Source: Mobula hypostoma (taxonomy: Eukaryota). Taken from it: a stretch of DNA of 64,000 bases. The position numbers and the translations under genes were made by a program. The notes under the pieces were generated by a model, which saw nothing but the letters and a program-made list of their open reading frames with translations, was not told where the DNA came from and did not search any database. The stretch spans positions 244,778,001 to 244,842,000 of the forward strand of contig NC_086097.1 of NCBI RefSeq assembly GCF_963921235.1, written 5' to 3'. Shown here in pieces: positions 10,801 to 23,546 of this stretch (the stretch's first letter is position 1; each line of letters starts with the position of its first letter).

Positions 10801-13541
10801 CCTTCTTCTCATGCTCTGACCAATAAAGTATTAACCTGGTCTTTAGGTAGAAATGCTAAATTGGAGGAAGCCAGTTGTCACAGTATTAAACAGGAACTGG
10901 AAAAGTAGATTGGGAGTGGCTGTTTGGGAGTAAATCCACATTTGACATGTGGGAGTCTTTTCAAGGCCATCTGGTTAGTGTTCACATCGAATATGTCCTG
11001 TGAGGATGAATGATAAGGGCGGCAAGTTTGGAAACCCTGGACAAAAAGAGATATTGTAACTGAGGTCAAAAGAGAAAAGGAAGCATCTCTAAGGTGTGGG
11101 AAGTTGAAATTAGATGAGGCCCTCGAAGAATATAAAGGAAACAGAAAAGAACTTAAATAAATTAGGAGGGCCAAGAGGGTCTATGTGATGTTCTTGGAAG
11201 AAAGGGTTAAGGAGAAACCCAAGGCTTTTAATAGATATATTAGAAGCAAGGGTAACTAGTGAAAAGTGCCCTCAAGGACAGAGCCAGATGATACGTGTAT
11301 CATACATCCAAGGAGAAGAATAAGGATAAAGGTGAGATAAGTGATGGGTATATTGATATTCTGGGTCACCTTGACATAAAAAGGAGATGTTTCATGTGTT
11401 GATGGAATCTATCCCAGGTTACAGAGAAGCAAAAGAGCTGGGTAACACCATTGATTCTGCAGAAACTGGAAATCTTGAGCAACACACACAAAATGCTGGT
11501 GGAATTCAGCTGGTCAGGCAATACCTGTGGAGAGGAATAAACCGTCAATGTTTTGGGCCGAAATCCTTCATCAGGACTGAAAAGGAAGGGGCATGAAGTG
11601 AGAATAAGGTTGCGGGGGGGGGGGTTAACAAGCTGGCAGGTGAGACTTGGGGTAGGGGAGCGTTAGGTGGATGAGGAAGGGGAGATAATGCAAGGTGGTA
11701 GGTCAAAGGGGTAAAGGTATCAAGAAGTAGTCTTACAGGAGAGGACAGTAGACCACGGAATAAAGGGAAGGAGCAATCCTTGACTGTGGGCCTGTTTCCT
11801 GCAGGGAGCTGTGCTGGAGCACTTAGTTATACTCATTAATTATTTGGCTATAAATGTAAAAGTTAAAAATCAATTTATTATCAAAGTACATGCATGTCAC
11901 CATATACAAAACTGAGATTCATTTTCCTGTAAACATACTCAATAAATCTAATAATTATTCAATAAATCTAATAATTATAATAGAAACAATGAAAGACCAT
12001 GCCAACAAGACGGACAACTAGTATGCAAAAGAAGTTAAGAGGAAATGACATGCGCAGATTGCAGTGAGAGTAATTCAAAAGAGGTATATTTAAAAGTTTT
12101 GTATGAAGCCTGCAGAACATCTCCATAGTTCACTAGCGCCATCTTGTCAATTTGCAAATGATACAAAATTTGGTAGTGTAGTTAATAGTGGGAAGGATAG
12201 CCATAGGCAATAGGGATAATGGTAAAATGGAGAGGGCAGTGACTGATGGATGTTCCTCTTATGAAGTGATGCACTTTGTGAGGGCTATTTAGGGTAGGGT
12301 ATGCACAATGAATTGGGGAGTCTTGTGGAATGGAGTGACTGTGATGTGTGAGAATCCCTTAAGCTGGCAGCACCAGTGGTGATAAAGTGGTTTTAAAAAC
12401 TTGCCCTCGTTAGCCAGAACATAATACTCAGGAGCAAGAAAGTTAAGGTACGAATTTATAAAAAAAAATGTTGGTTTGGCAACAATTGGATAGCTGTATA
12501 TAGCCCTGATCAGGACACTCTGGGAAAGACATAATCCTCTCCTATAGATACTGCCTGGCCTGCTGCGTTCACCTGCATTTTTTATGCGTGTTACTTGAAA
12601 TTCCAGCATCTGCAGATTTCCTCATGTTTGCGATTGTATGGAGATTCTATGGAGGAAATTCATTGTCTGGTGTGGAATATTTCAGTTACGAGGAGAGACT
12701 CGATAAACTCAGATGGTTTTCCTTGAGGCAAAAGAGGCTGACAGAAAATTTGACAGAGGTAAACAAAATTATGAGAGGCCTAGATGGCCTAAGGGATGTC
12801 TGAAACCAGAAGACAGAAGCATGTTAGAATATGGTGACAATCAAGTTCAAGTTGATTTTTATTCTCTTGTTTCGTGGATGTCTGTCTGTGAAGAGTATGA
12901 ATTTCAGGTTGTATACTGTATTCATTCTCTGATATAAAAGGAACCTAAATCTAAAAATATGTTCTGTGATAATAAATTTTCTTTGAACTTTGAATAGTTG
13001 GAATCTGGAATACATTGGCTAAATAAGTAGTGAAGGCAGGCAGTCACAGAATATTTAACAACTAATCTTCATCAGCACTTAAATTACGGAGGTTACGGGC
13101 CAAATTCTGGTATATGGGATTAGCCCTGACAGGAGACAAAAAAAACTGCAGATGAAGCAAAATTCAGCAGGCTGAGAAGCATTTGTGGAAGAACGTTTCG
13201 AGTTGAGATCCTGCATCAGGTATGCATGACAAGATCTTCATTGTACCTCTCTACGTGTGGCAATATTAAACCAATTTACCAATTATTTTCCGTAATTGAC
13301 ATGATTGGAATGTTTTACCAAGGTGGGAAGCATTCATGTCATGTTTCCATCTCAGCAAAAAGAGATTGTAATGAGAAAATATCTCAACTGCAAAAATGAT
13401 TCCTTTTCCTGGAAAAGAAATCTGTTTCTTCTGTCTCTCTGCTCTTTTTCATATTCTCTTTCCCCAATATTCACAAAGGATTTTGCACTATCGATTTATT
13501 TTGCAGTAGTGTGAAAGTAGTTTGTTTCTATATTCTATATA

Positions 13542-15156
13542 CAGGTGTCCCCCGCTTTTCGAACGTTCGCTTTATGAAACCTCACTGTTACGAAAGACCT
13601 ACATTAGTTCCCTGTTTTCGCTAACAGAAGGTGTTTTCACTGTTACGAGAAAAAGTAGCGTGCGATAAAAGACAGCGCGCGAAAAAAAGCAGCGTGCGCC
13701 CCGAATAGCCGCTGTCCTCCGAATTCGGAACTGCATTCTAGCCGGCATTGCTTAAACACATGCCTGTGAGCAGCTGTTAGCAAGATGAGTTCTGCAGTAT
13801 CGGAAAAGCCTAAAAGAGCTCGTAAAGGTGGTTACACTTAGCATAAAACTAGACATAAATAAGCGTTTTGATCGTGGTGAACGAAGTACGGATAAACTGA
13901 GTTTGACTTGTGGAAGTTGTTGAAGATGATGTTGAAGAGGTTTTGGCATCCCATGACCAAGAACTGATAGATGAAGAGCTGATGCAATTGGAAGAGGAAA
14001 GGATAACAATCGAAACTGAATGCAGTAGCGAACGGACCGAAAGTGAAGTCGTCCAGGAACTGAACGTGATGCAACTGCATGAGATTTTCGCTGCAATGAT
14101 AAAGTATGCCTTTAATTTTGAAAGGATACGTCGGTTTAGGGCATATTTGCAAGATGGTTTGAGTGCTTACAAAGAACTGTATGATAGAAAAATGCGCGAG
14201 GCTAGCAGTCAAACATGCCTTCAGCAGATGACGAGCCTCGACCTTTGACGTCGAGGCAGGCAGACATAGAAGAAGATGACCTGTCTGCTCTGATCGACGA
14301 TGAGATGACACCTCAGTGTTCCACCACCCCAACCCCCGGGCCGCGGACAGATGCATTGCCATGGAGAATGCAGCGGTAGCCAGGACGCACCCAGCACATC
14401 TTTAAGAAAAAAGCCGAAATAAACAAGCTAATTAATTAGGTGCCGCCTGGCATGTAAATGTCAGCCCAGATCAGAGGCGATTGCCGATTGCGTCGCCTCT
14501 GATCTGGGCCGATACTTACATGCTGGGCCGCACCTAATTAATTAGCTTGTTTATTTCAGCTTTTTTCTTAAAGATGTGCTGGGTGCGTCCAGGCTACCAC
14601 CGTATCCCTGCGTTCTCCGTGGATCGGTATCGGTCGGCGGCCTGGAGGGTGGGGGCCACTGCACCACCCCAACCTCCGATGACTCAGCCTAACACACCAT
14701 CATCAGTGTGCTCGATGTCTTCTGGATAGTAAGTGATACTATACTGTACCTACATTATTTCTACTTTATATAGGCTGTGTATTTTTATGTGTTATTTGGT
14801 ATGATTTGGCAGCTTCATAGCTTAAAGGTTACTGGAGAGCGCTTGCGCCGTGTTTTTGCTGAGAGCGCTTGCGTGAGATTTTCCGACAGAGGACAGTGCA
14901 GGCAATGATTGTAGAGAAGTATTTCTACTTTATATAGGCTGTGTATTTATCATATCATTCCTGCTTTTACTATATGTTACTGTTATTTTAGGTTTTATGT
15001 GTTATTTGGCATGACTTGGTAGGTTATTTTTGGGTCTGCGAACGCTCACAAATTTTTCCCATGTAAATAAATGGTAATTGCTTCTTTGCTTTACGACATT
15101 TCGGCTTACGAACCGTTTCATAGGAACGCTCTACCTTTGGATGGTGGGGAAACCTG
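13542..15156 (+). mobile_element. Non-autonomous Tigger/pogo-like DNA transposon with internally deleted transposase
   Basis: TA on both sides; imperfect TIRs CAGGTGTCCCC / GGGGAAACCTG; psq-HTH-like N-terminus from ATG 13785 (KRARK..TLSIKLDI) fused near 13895 to Tigger-like C-terminus (EDDVEEVLASHDQELIDEEL...YKELYDRK). Confidence 0.85.
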
Positions 15157-16096
15157 TACTGCTTGTTTAACTAATGAAATAAAGTTTGAAGTAAGTATAG
15201 AGCTTAGTATTCACTCTGTAACTCTGTTTTCTTTGACAATTGGTTTATTTTTGTCACAGTGAAAGCTTTATTGGCATGCCATTCAAACAGATCATTCCAT
15301 TCATAAGTACAATGAGACGAGGAAGGAGAAACAGAATGTGGGATATAGTGCTACAGTTACCGAGAAAGTCAAGTTCATGTATATTGTCATTCAACCATAT
15401 ACATGCACACCACCAAATTAAACAATTTTTCTCTGAACCAACGTGCACAACACAGTGCATATTACTCACATACAACACAAAATAATATTACCACAATAAC
15501 TTAACAAATAATAAGGTGATTTTACAAAAGTTAAAAGGAACAACATAACGCTGCTGGCACTTTATATGTGATGAGACCTGGGTGGTGGCAGAGAGTTCAG
15601 TAGTCTCACGATCTGGTGGAAGCAGCTGTTTCCCATCTTAACAGTTCTTGGCCTAATGCTGTGCTATCTCCTGCCTGATGGTAGGGGTCAAAAAGATTGT
15701 TGGACAGATGGGAGAGCTCATTAACAATGCAAAGGGCACTGCATACTCAGCCTGATAAATATTATGGACAGGTGGAAGAGAGACCCAGCAATCATCTCAC
15801 CAGTCCTTGTAATCCTTTGTGGTCAGATGTCTTGCAGGTCTTGTACCAGACAGTGATGGGGCTGATCAGGATACTCTCAATCGTGCTCCTGTAAAAATTG
15901 GTTAGGATGGGAGCAGGGTTGCCACCCTCACCTCAATCTCCTCAGGAAGTGGAGTCTCTGCTGTACTAAGGTGGCGATGAGAGCCTAATTAAGATTTGTC
16001 CATTAACTCCCAGAAACTTGTTGCTGCTAACTCAGCTAGACAAAGAAATTAAGGGCCATGACGAGGTAGACTTAGCGATCACCTATATATAGTATA

Positions 16097-16280
16097 ACAC
16101 CTGGACTGGGAGAGTGGCTTCAACAAATCCCAGGAACAACATCTGAGATCTTGGTCCAGAAAAACGAACTATTAGAAACAGCAAGGATACGGAGCGAAAC
16201 CCTCAAGCTCCCTTGCCTCTGGTAGAGGACCCAAGATTGAGGGGAAAATACACATACACACCACCCATAAGGGGTGAGAA
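16097..16280 (+). mobile_element. 3' fragment of R4/Dong (Rex6-like) non-LTR retrotransposon
   Basis: Translates LGEWLQQIPGTTSEILVQKNELLETARIRSETLKLPCLW*, resembling the recalled Rex6/Dong C-terminus. Confidence 0.65.
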
Positions 16281-16299
16281 AAATAGATATATAAATAAA

Positions 16300-17250
16300 G
16301 TTTAAGTTAAATAAATAGTTCAGAAAAGAGAATAAAAAGTAGTGAGATAGTGTTCATGGGTTCAATGCCCAATCAGAAATGACAGAGGGGAAGAAGCTCT
16401 TCCTGAATCATTGAGTGTGTGCCTTCAGGTTCCTGTACCTCCTTCCTGATGGTATCCTAGGTGATGGGGTGTACCTTAATAATGGATGTTGCCTATCTAA
16501 GGCCTCGCTCCTTGAAGATATCTTGGATGCTGGGGAGGCTTGTGTCCATGATGGAGCTTACTTGAGTTCACAACTTTCTCCAGTTTACTTTCATCCTATG
16601 CAGTCCTCCCCTCCCTTCCAAATACCAGACAGTGATACTGCTAGTTAGAATGCTCTCCATGGTACATCTGTAGAAATTTGCGTGTGTCTTTGGTGACAAC
16701 CAGATCTCCTCAAAATCCCTATGAAATATACCCGCTGTTATGCCTTCTTTGTAACTGCAATGATGTGCTGGGCCCAGGATAGTATCTCAGAGAGGTTGAC
16801 ACCCTGGAACTTGAAGTTGCTTCCCCTTTACACTGCTGATCCCTTGTAGAAGACTGGTGTGTTTCCTCACCTTTCTGAAGTCCACAATCAATTCTTTGGT
16901 CTTACTGACATTGAGTGCAAGGTTGTTCAGTGACACCACCCAACTGGGTGATCCTGTGCGACTTCTTGTCACCATCTGAAATTCTGCCAACAATAGTTGT
17001 GTTGTCAGCAAATTTATAGATAGCATTTGAGCTGTGCCTAGCCACACAGTCATGGCTGGAGAGAGAGTGGAGCAATGGGCTAAGCACACATCCCTTAGGT
17101 GCGCCATTGTGTTGATTATCAGTGAGGTGAAGATGTTATTTCCAATCCACACAGATGAGGAAGTTGGGGATCCAATTGCAGAAGGAGGTACGGAGGCCCT
17201 AGTTTTGGCGCTTTTTGATCAGAACTGTAGGAATAATTGTGTTAAACACT
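16300..17250 (-). mobile_element. Rex1/Babar-like LINE RT and 3' fragment
   Basis: HDCVARHSSNAIYKFADNTT and NNLALNVSKTKELIVDFRK peptides (ORFs 16902-17087, 16787-17152). Confidence 0.8.
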
Positions 17251-17984
17251 GGGGCACCATTAAGAAGGGGACTTGTTTGAGAACTTCCGATGGAAATTTT
17301 CAGATATTCCCGTTTTTGACTACTATTTCTGAAATCCACAGCTATAGCCATGGACAAATATAGTAAACAACATCGTTTTCAAGCATTTTAGAAATCTATC
17401 GTTACTCAAGGTTGATGAATCTTGAATGGCAGTCTCTGGTTGCAAGTTTGGTTCCCCTTTAAGACAACAGAAGAGAGGATGCTGTGCTGTTTAAAAGTTT
17501 GTCTAAGGAGAAGTGGGTTTTGACTTCCACTATTGACTATTCTGCTGGCAAACGTACAAATTAAAGATATTAGAGCAAGATTGCTATACCAGAGGGACAT
17601 CAGAGATTGTTTTGTTTTTTGTTTCTCGGATTCTTAGTTATCCCCAGCTATTCCGGACACAGTGATGCAGCTTACTGGTTTCACAATTCACTGCCAAGAT
17701 AGGACAGCTGAGTCTCTGTAGACAGTGATTGATTCTCTTGATAGACTGGGCTGGGTTCACCACTTTTTGCAATTTCTTACAATCTTGTGTCAAGCTGTGA
17801 TACAGCCAGATATTCTTTCTGTGAATCACTGTAAAAATAGGGAGGCAGCAACAGTGACATGCCGAATTTCTTTAGCCTTCTGAGGAAGGAGAGGGGCTGG
17901 TGTGCTTTCTTCATTCACCTTGGTGTCCACATGGCTTGAGCATGATAAATTCTCAACCACTTCCATCTCTATACCATTGATAGA

Positions 17985-18630
17985 AGCAGGGAAATACAAG
18001 AGGTCCAGGTACAACCTCCAGAATGTCATCTCACGTGTGAAGTGGCAATTCCAGACCAAACTTGAAAGACTGAAGAGTGCTCGACAGCTGTGGTAGGGCT
18101 TGAATGCTATCACCTCCTACAAAGTGAAATCAAGTGACGTAGGTGACAATAAGGTTTCGCTCCCAGATGAGCTCAATGCCTTTTATGCTCGCTTTGGTTG
18201 TCAAAAGATGGAGGCACCTTCAGGAACTCCGACAGCCCCCGATGATCCTGTGATTTCTGTCTCTGATGCTGACATGAGAGCATCCTTCAGGAGGGTGACC
18301 CACGGAAAGCATCTGGCCCAGACAGGGTACATGACTAAGTACTGAAGACCTGGACTGATCACCGGGCTGCAGCACTCAGTGATATCTTTAACCTCTTGCT
18401 TCAGCAGTCTGAGTACCCACCTGCTTCGATTATACTGGTGCCCAAGAAGAACGTGGTATACCTGCACAGTTTGTTGTCTTTTGCACGCTGGTTGTCTGCA
18501 CTGTTGGGTATGGTCTTTCATTGATTGTATTATGGTTATTGGATTCATTGACCATGTTCAGAAGAAAATGAATCTCAGGGTTGTATATGGTGACATATAT
18601 GTATTTTGATAATATACCTTGAACTTTGGA
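17985..18630 (+). mobile_element. Rex1/Babar-like LINE fragment plus 3' tail
   Basis: SLPDELNAFYARF peptide (ORF 18100-18345), followed by gaatctcagggttgtatatggtgac tail shared with other copies. Confidence 0.7.
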
Positions 18631-21400
18631 TTGCAGAGGGACTGGAGGGCTGGCGTTGTTGTGTGCCATGACCAGCCTCTGGAAGCCTTTCATGGTAATA
18701 GGTGTCAGACCACTGGGCAGTAGTAATTAAGGCATGTTACTTTAATTTTCTTCAGTACCATGAATTTGATTGGCGTTCAGAGGGGTTAAACATGACTTGG
18801 TACTCCTGCCAGCTGTATGTACATAGGATCTGAGGAAATGGCCAGGATTCCATCCAGGTCAGTTGCTTTCCATGGGTTCACTCCCAGCAGGCTGGACTGA
18901 CATCTACGATGGTGACCTTCACTACATGCACAGCAGAGGCTGTCAGGGCTTCTAGTGTCATTTCATTAACCTGTTACTCAAAACATCCATAGAAAATAAT
19001 TGAGCTTATCAGGGAGGGATACCTTGTTGCCAATGATACTACCTGACCTGGTTTTGTAGCCCAATATATCATGCAACCTTTGCCACTACTGACAGAGCAT
19101 AGAACAGAACAACAGAGGAACAGGACCTTCTGCCTACACAATATCCTTATCCTTCCATTTCCCTCACATTCATGTACATCTTCAACTCTGTGCAAAAACT
19201 TGCCCCCCCCCCCATCTCCTTTGAACTTGCCTCCTTAAATCTTAAATGCATGCCACCTGGTATTGTCTGTCTGCTCTATGCCTCCCATTATATTATAAAC
19301 CTCTCTCAGATTTCCCCTCAGCCTCCTCTGACGGGAGATCTGAGTTTGTCCAACCTCTCATCACAGCACATGCCTTCCTATCCAGACAGCATCCTGGTAA
19401 ACCTTTTCTGCTCTCTCTGCAAAGCCTCATCATCCTTCCTGTTATGGGATGACCAGTACTGTATGCAATACAACAGATATGGCCAAACTAGAGTTCTATA
19501 AAGCTGCAACATTAATTCCTGACTTTTGAAATCAATGTCTTTACAAATAAGCACAAGCATGCCATAAACGTAAGCCGCCTTAATCACTCTATCACCTGTA
19601 GCCACTTTCAGGGACCCCAAGTAATCAACAGTATTAAGAGTCTTGCTAATTTGGTTTGGCATTCTTCCTTGGCATCCACAATTAGTTTACAAAGATCATA
19701 CCTAGATTTTTGGAATAGGTCATGGTCACCCAATTTAAATACTTCAGACCTGAACTTCAATTGGGAAGTGAGTCCCTCAGTTCATCCATAGTTTCTGGTT
19801 GGGGAACACTTGGACTGACTTCATCAATATGTAAAGAGCCATCACAAAGCTGAAGAAAGTGGATGGTATTTCTTTTTGTGTGTAGAGATGTATAAAAATT
19901 TCCATCTTATTAACTTTTAAACAAGCCCATTTTTGCTGTTTCTTTGAAATCTTTTTGTCAAAAGAGAAACTGAAATACTGCTTTCAAAATGACTGGGCTT
20001 GGAGCAGAAATTTTGTATTGAAGTACTCGTCATTGTATGGCCAGCTTAGTTTTTTTAAGGTTTCATTGCTGCTCTTTGTTCTCAGAATCAGATTTATTGT
20101 CACTGTCATATGATGTGAAATTTGTTGCATGAGATTCGGCCAACATTGGTGAATTAAAGCTTGCCTAAAAGCTGTGCCTCACCACAGACTTGAAGAGAGA
20201 AAGAGTGTGTGTGTTTGGCCTCCGTTGGTCGTGGTTGACCATGGGTTCTGCGCCTCTGGTAGTCACTGAGACTGGCCTCTCCAGGGCTCAAGCCAGTGCA
20301 GAGTTGACATGAAGATCAGTCTGTTGCCCATGCAGTGGGACCTCCCTCTCCATGCTGATGACAGGGTCCAAAGGAACGAAGGAAGTCGATACAGTTTGGT
20401 GCCAGCAGCATCGCAGGAGTTGCTGTGCTAGTGCTGGGTACAGCAGTCAGCCGCCTTCGGGACTCCGGAGAGAGTAGGGTAGTAGAATAAGCACACATCC
20501 TTGAGGTGACCTTGTGTTTATAGTGAGGAGATGTTTTTACCGTTTGGCACTGACTGGTCTCTCAATAAGGAAACTGAGGATCCAGTTGCAGAGAGATGCA
20601 GAGGCCCAAGTTTTGAAGCTTGTTGATTAGTATTGAGGGACTGATGGTGTTGAACACCGCGCTGTAATCATTAAACTGACCTACAGTATGCCTTGTGGTT
20701 GTCTAGTGCTCCAAAGCAGAGTGGAGAGCCATTGAGATTTGCATTCACTGTAGACTTGTAACTGCAGTAGGTAAGTTGCTGCAGCAGGTCCAGGTCCAGG
20801 CCCAAAAGTAGAACTGAGTTAAAGATTTATGTTTATTAGAGTCTGTAGTGGGCAGCTCTGGTTGCAGTATGTGCAGCCCACAGTATTTGAATAATCTCTA
20901 CAAAAATGTTCTGCTTGGCTCAGTATCACTGAGGTACTGATACTATGTGCTAATTCGTCTTCAGTCCCAAACTCTGTTTCAGAACATTTTTTAATACAGG
21001 TTGACCTTCACTAATCCGGCACCATTGGGACCTGAGGAGTGCCAGATTAGTGAAAATGCCAAATTACAGAAGGATCACATTAAGCAATAGCTAACCATAG
21101 AAACCATAGAAAAACTACAGCACAAAAACAGGCCTTTTGGCCCTTCTTGGCTGTGCCGAACCATTTTCTGCCTAGTCCCACTGACCTGCACACGGACCAT
21201 ATCCCTCCATACACCTCCCATCCATGTATCTGTCCAATTTATTCTTAAATGTTAAAAAAGAACCCGCATTTACCACCTCGTTTGGCAGCTCATTCCATGC
21301 TCCCACCACTCTCTGTGTGAAGAAGCACCCCCTAATGTTCCCTTTAAACTTTTCCCCCCTCACCCTTAACCCATGTCCTCTGGTCTTTTTCTCCCCTTGC

Positions 21401-22854
21401 GTCCCCTTCGCTACATCGACGACTGCATTGGCGCTGCTTCCTGCACGCATGCAGAACTCGTTGACTTTATTAACTTTGCCTCCAACTTTCACCCTGCCCT
21501 CAAGTTTACCTGGTCCATTTCCGACACCTCCCTCCCCTTTCTAGATCTTCCTGTCTCTGTCTCTGGAGACAGCTTATCCACTGATGTCTACTATAAGCCT
21601 ACTGACTCTCACAGCTATCTGGACTATTCCTCTTCTCACCCTGTCTCTTGCAAAAATGCCATCCCCTTCTCGCAATTCCTCCGTCTCCACCGCATCTGCT
21701 CTCAGGATGAGACTTTTCATTCTAGGATGAGGGAGATGTCTTCCTTTTTTAAAGAAAGGGGCTTCCCTTCCTCCACTATCAACTCTGCTCTTAAACGCAT
21801 CTCCCCCATTTCACGTACATCTGCTCTCACTCCATCCTCCCACCACCCCACTAGGAATAGGGTTCCCCTGGTCCTCACCTACCACCCCACCAGCCTCCGG
21901 GTCCAACATATTATTCTCCATAACTTCCGCCACCTCCAACAGGATCCCACCACTAAGAACATCTTTCCCTCCCCGCCTCTCTCTGCATTCCGCAGGGATC
22001 GCTCCCTACGCAACTCCCTTGTCTATTCGTCCCCTCCCATCCCTCCCCACTGATCTCCCTCCTGGCACTTAACCGTGCCCTTACACTTCCTCCCTTAGCA
22101 CCATTCAGGGCCCCAAACAGTCCTTCCAGGTGAGGCTATACTTCACCTGTGAGCCGACTGGGGTGATATACTGCATCCGGTGCTCCCGATGTGGCCTTTT
22201 ATATATTGGCGAGACCCGACGCAGACTGGGAGACCGCTTTGTTGAACATCTACGCTCTGTCCGCTAGAGAAAGCAGGATCTCCCAGTGGCCACACATTTT
22301 AATTCCACATCCCATTCCCATTCTGACATGTCTATCCACGACCTCATCTACTGTAAAGAGGAAGCCACACTCAGGTGGGAGGAACAACACCTTATATTCC
22401 GTCTGGGTATCCTCCAACCTGATGGCATGAACATCGACTTTTCTAACTTCCGCTAAGGCCCCACCTCCCCCTCGTACCCCATCTGTTACTTATTTTTATG
22501 CACACATTCTTTCTCTCACTCTCCTTTTTCTCCCTCTGTCCCTCTGAATATACCTCTTGCCCATCCTCTGGGTCTCCCCCCCACCCTTGTCTTTCTTCCC
22601 GGACCTCCTGTCCCATGATCCTCTCGTATCCCCTTTTGCCTATCACCTGTCCAGCTCTTGGCTCTATCCCTCCCCCTCCTGTCTTCTCCTATCATTTTGG
22701 ATCTCCCCCTCCCCCTCCAACTTTCAAATCCCTTACTCACTCTTCCTTCAGTTAGTCCTGACGAAGGGTCTCAGCCTGAAACGTCGACTGCACCTCTTCC
22801 TACAAATACTGCCTGGCCTGCTGCGTTCACCAGCAACTTTGATGTGTGTTGTTG
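21401..22854 (+). mobile_element. 5'-truncated Penelope-like retroelement: RT C-terminal half, GIY-YIG endonuclease, 3' pLTR
   Basis: RYIDD, LPFLD, YYKPTD..YL..SSHP PLE RT motifs (ORF 21373-22053); VIYCIRCSRCGLLYIGETRRRLGDRFVEH GIY-YIG at ~22160-22250. Confidence 0.92.
22754..22789 (+). ncRNA. Minimal type I hammerhead ribozyme motif in PLE pLTR
   Basis: AGTC-CTGACGA-AGG(gtctcag)CCT-GAAAC-GTC-GACT: stem I AGTC/GACT, core CUGANGA and GAAA, GUC cleavage triplet. Confidence 0.82.
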
Positions 22855-23292
22855 TCAGTGGAAAAAACCTGCTTGCATTCACTCTATCTATACCCATCAT
22901 AATTTTAAATACCGCTATCAAATCTCCCGTCATTCTTCTACGCTCCAGGGAATAAAGTCCTAACCTATTCAACCTAATCTGGCACCCTTGGGATCTGAGG
23001 AGTGCCGGATTAGTAAAAATGCTGAAATACAGAAGGATCACATTAAGCATAATCAGTGCCGGATTATCGAAGGAACCGGATTACAGGTAGTCAGATTAGT
23101 GAAGGTCGACCTATATTCTGTAGTTTTTTGACAAGAATCAAATGAAACGGGTTGACTGAATAAATATATATCGGAAGGCAAATTCCCTTGACAGAATGAC
23201 ACATATACTGCATTGACCAGGTCGATTCCCAGAAGTCATAGTTAAATTGTGAGACTTCAATATATGGGATTTCTGAAGTGTAAAGATAAAAA

Positions 23293-23500
23293 TGATGCTG
23301 CCTCCACCATACTTTATAGTAGGGATGGTGTTACCTGGCTAATGCACAGTACTAAATTTATGCCATATCTACTGTTTAGTGTTGAGGCCATAAAGTTCCA
23401 ATTTAGTTTCAACCGACTACAAGACCTTCTTTCACATCTTTACAGTATCTTCCAAGTGACGTTTTGCAAAATCTTTACGCAAAGGATGTGCTTTTTTTTA
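23293..23500 (-). mobile_element. Tc1 transposase remnant (WSDETK...KHGGGSIM region)
   Basis: Minus strand decays of ETKLELYGLN and NTIPTIKYGGGSI. Confidence 0.65.
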
Positions 23501-23546
23501 AGCAGTCTGTGTGGTGTGAATCTGATGCTGCACATCAGTCAGATGA

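Larger units (their letters stand above)
21093..22975 (-). mobile_element. CR1 3' fragment (21093-21400 and ~22855-22975) split by a Penelope element
   Basis: aaccatagaaaccataga tail; TRGH..FFTQRVV..WN peptide; LGLYSLERRRMTGDLI resumes after the PLE. Confidence 0.85.
20997..23113. mobile_element. Tc1/mariner-type MITE (TA target) interrupted by CR1 and Penelope insertions
   Basis: TIRs CAGGTTGACCTTCACTAATC / GATTAGTGAAGGTCGACCTA; TA flanks; internal ~80-bp unit present on both sides of the insertion (21011-21086 and 22974-23049). Confidence 0.8.
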
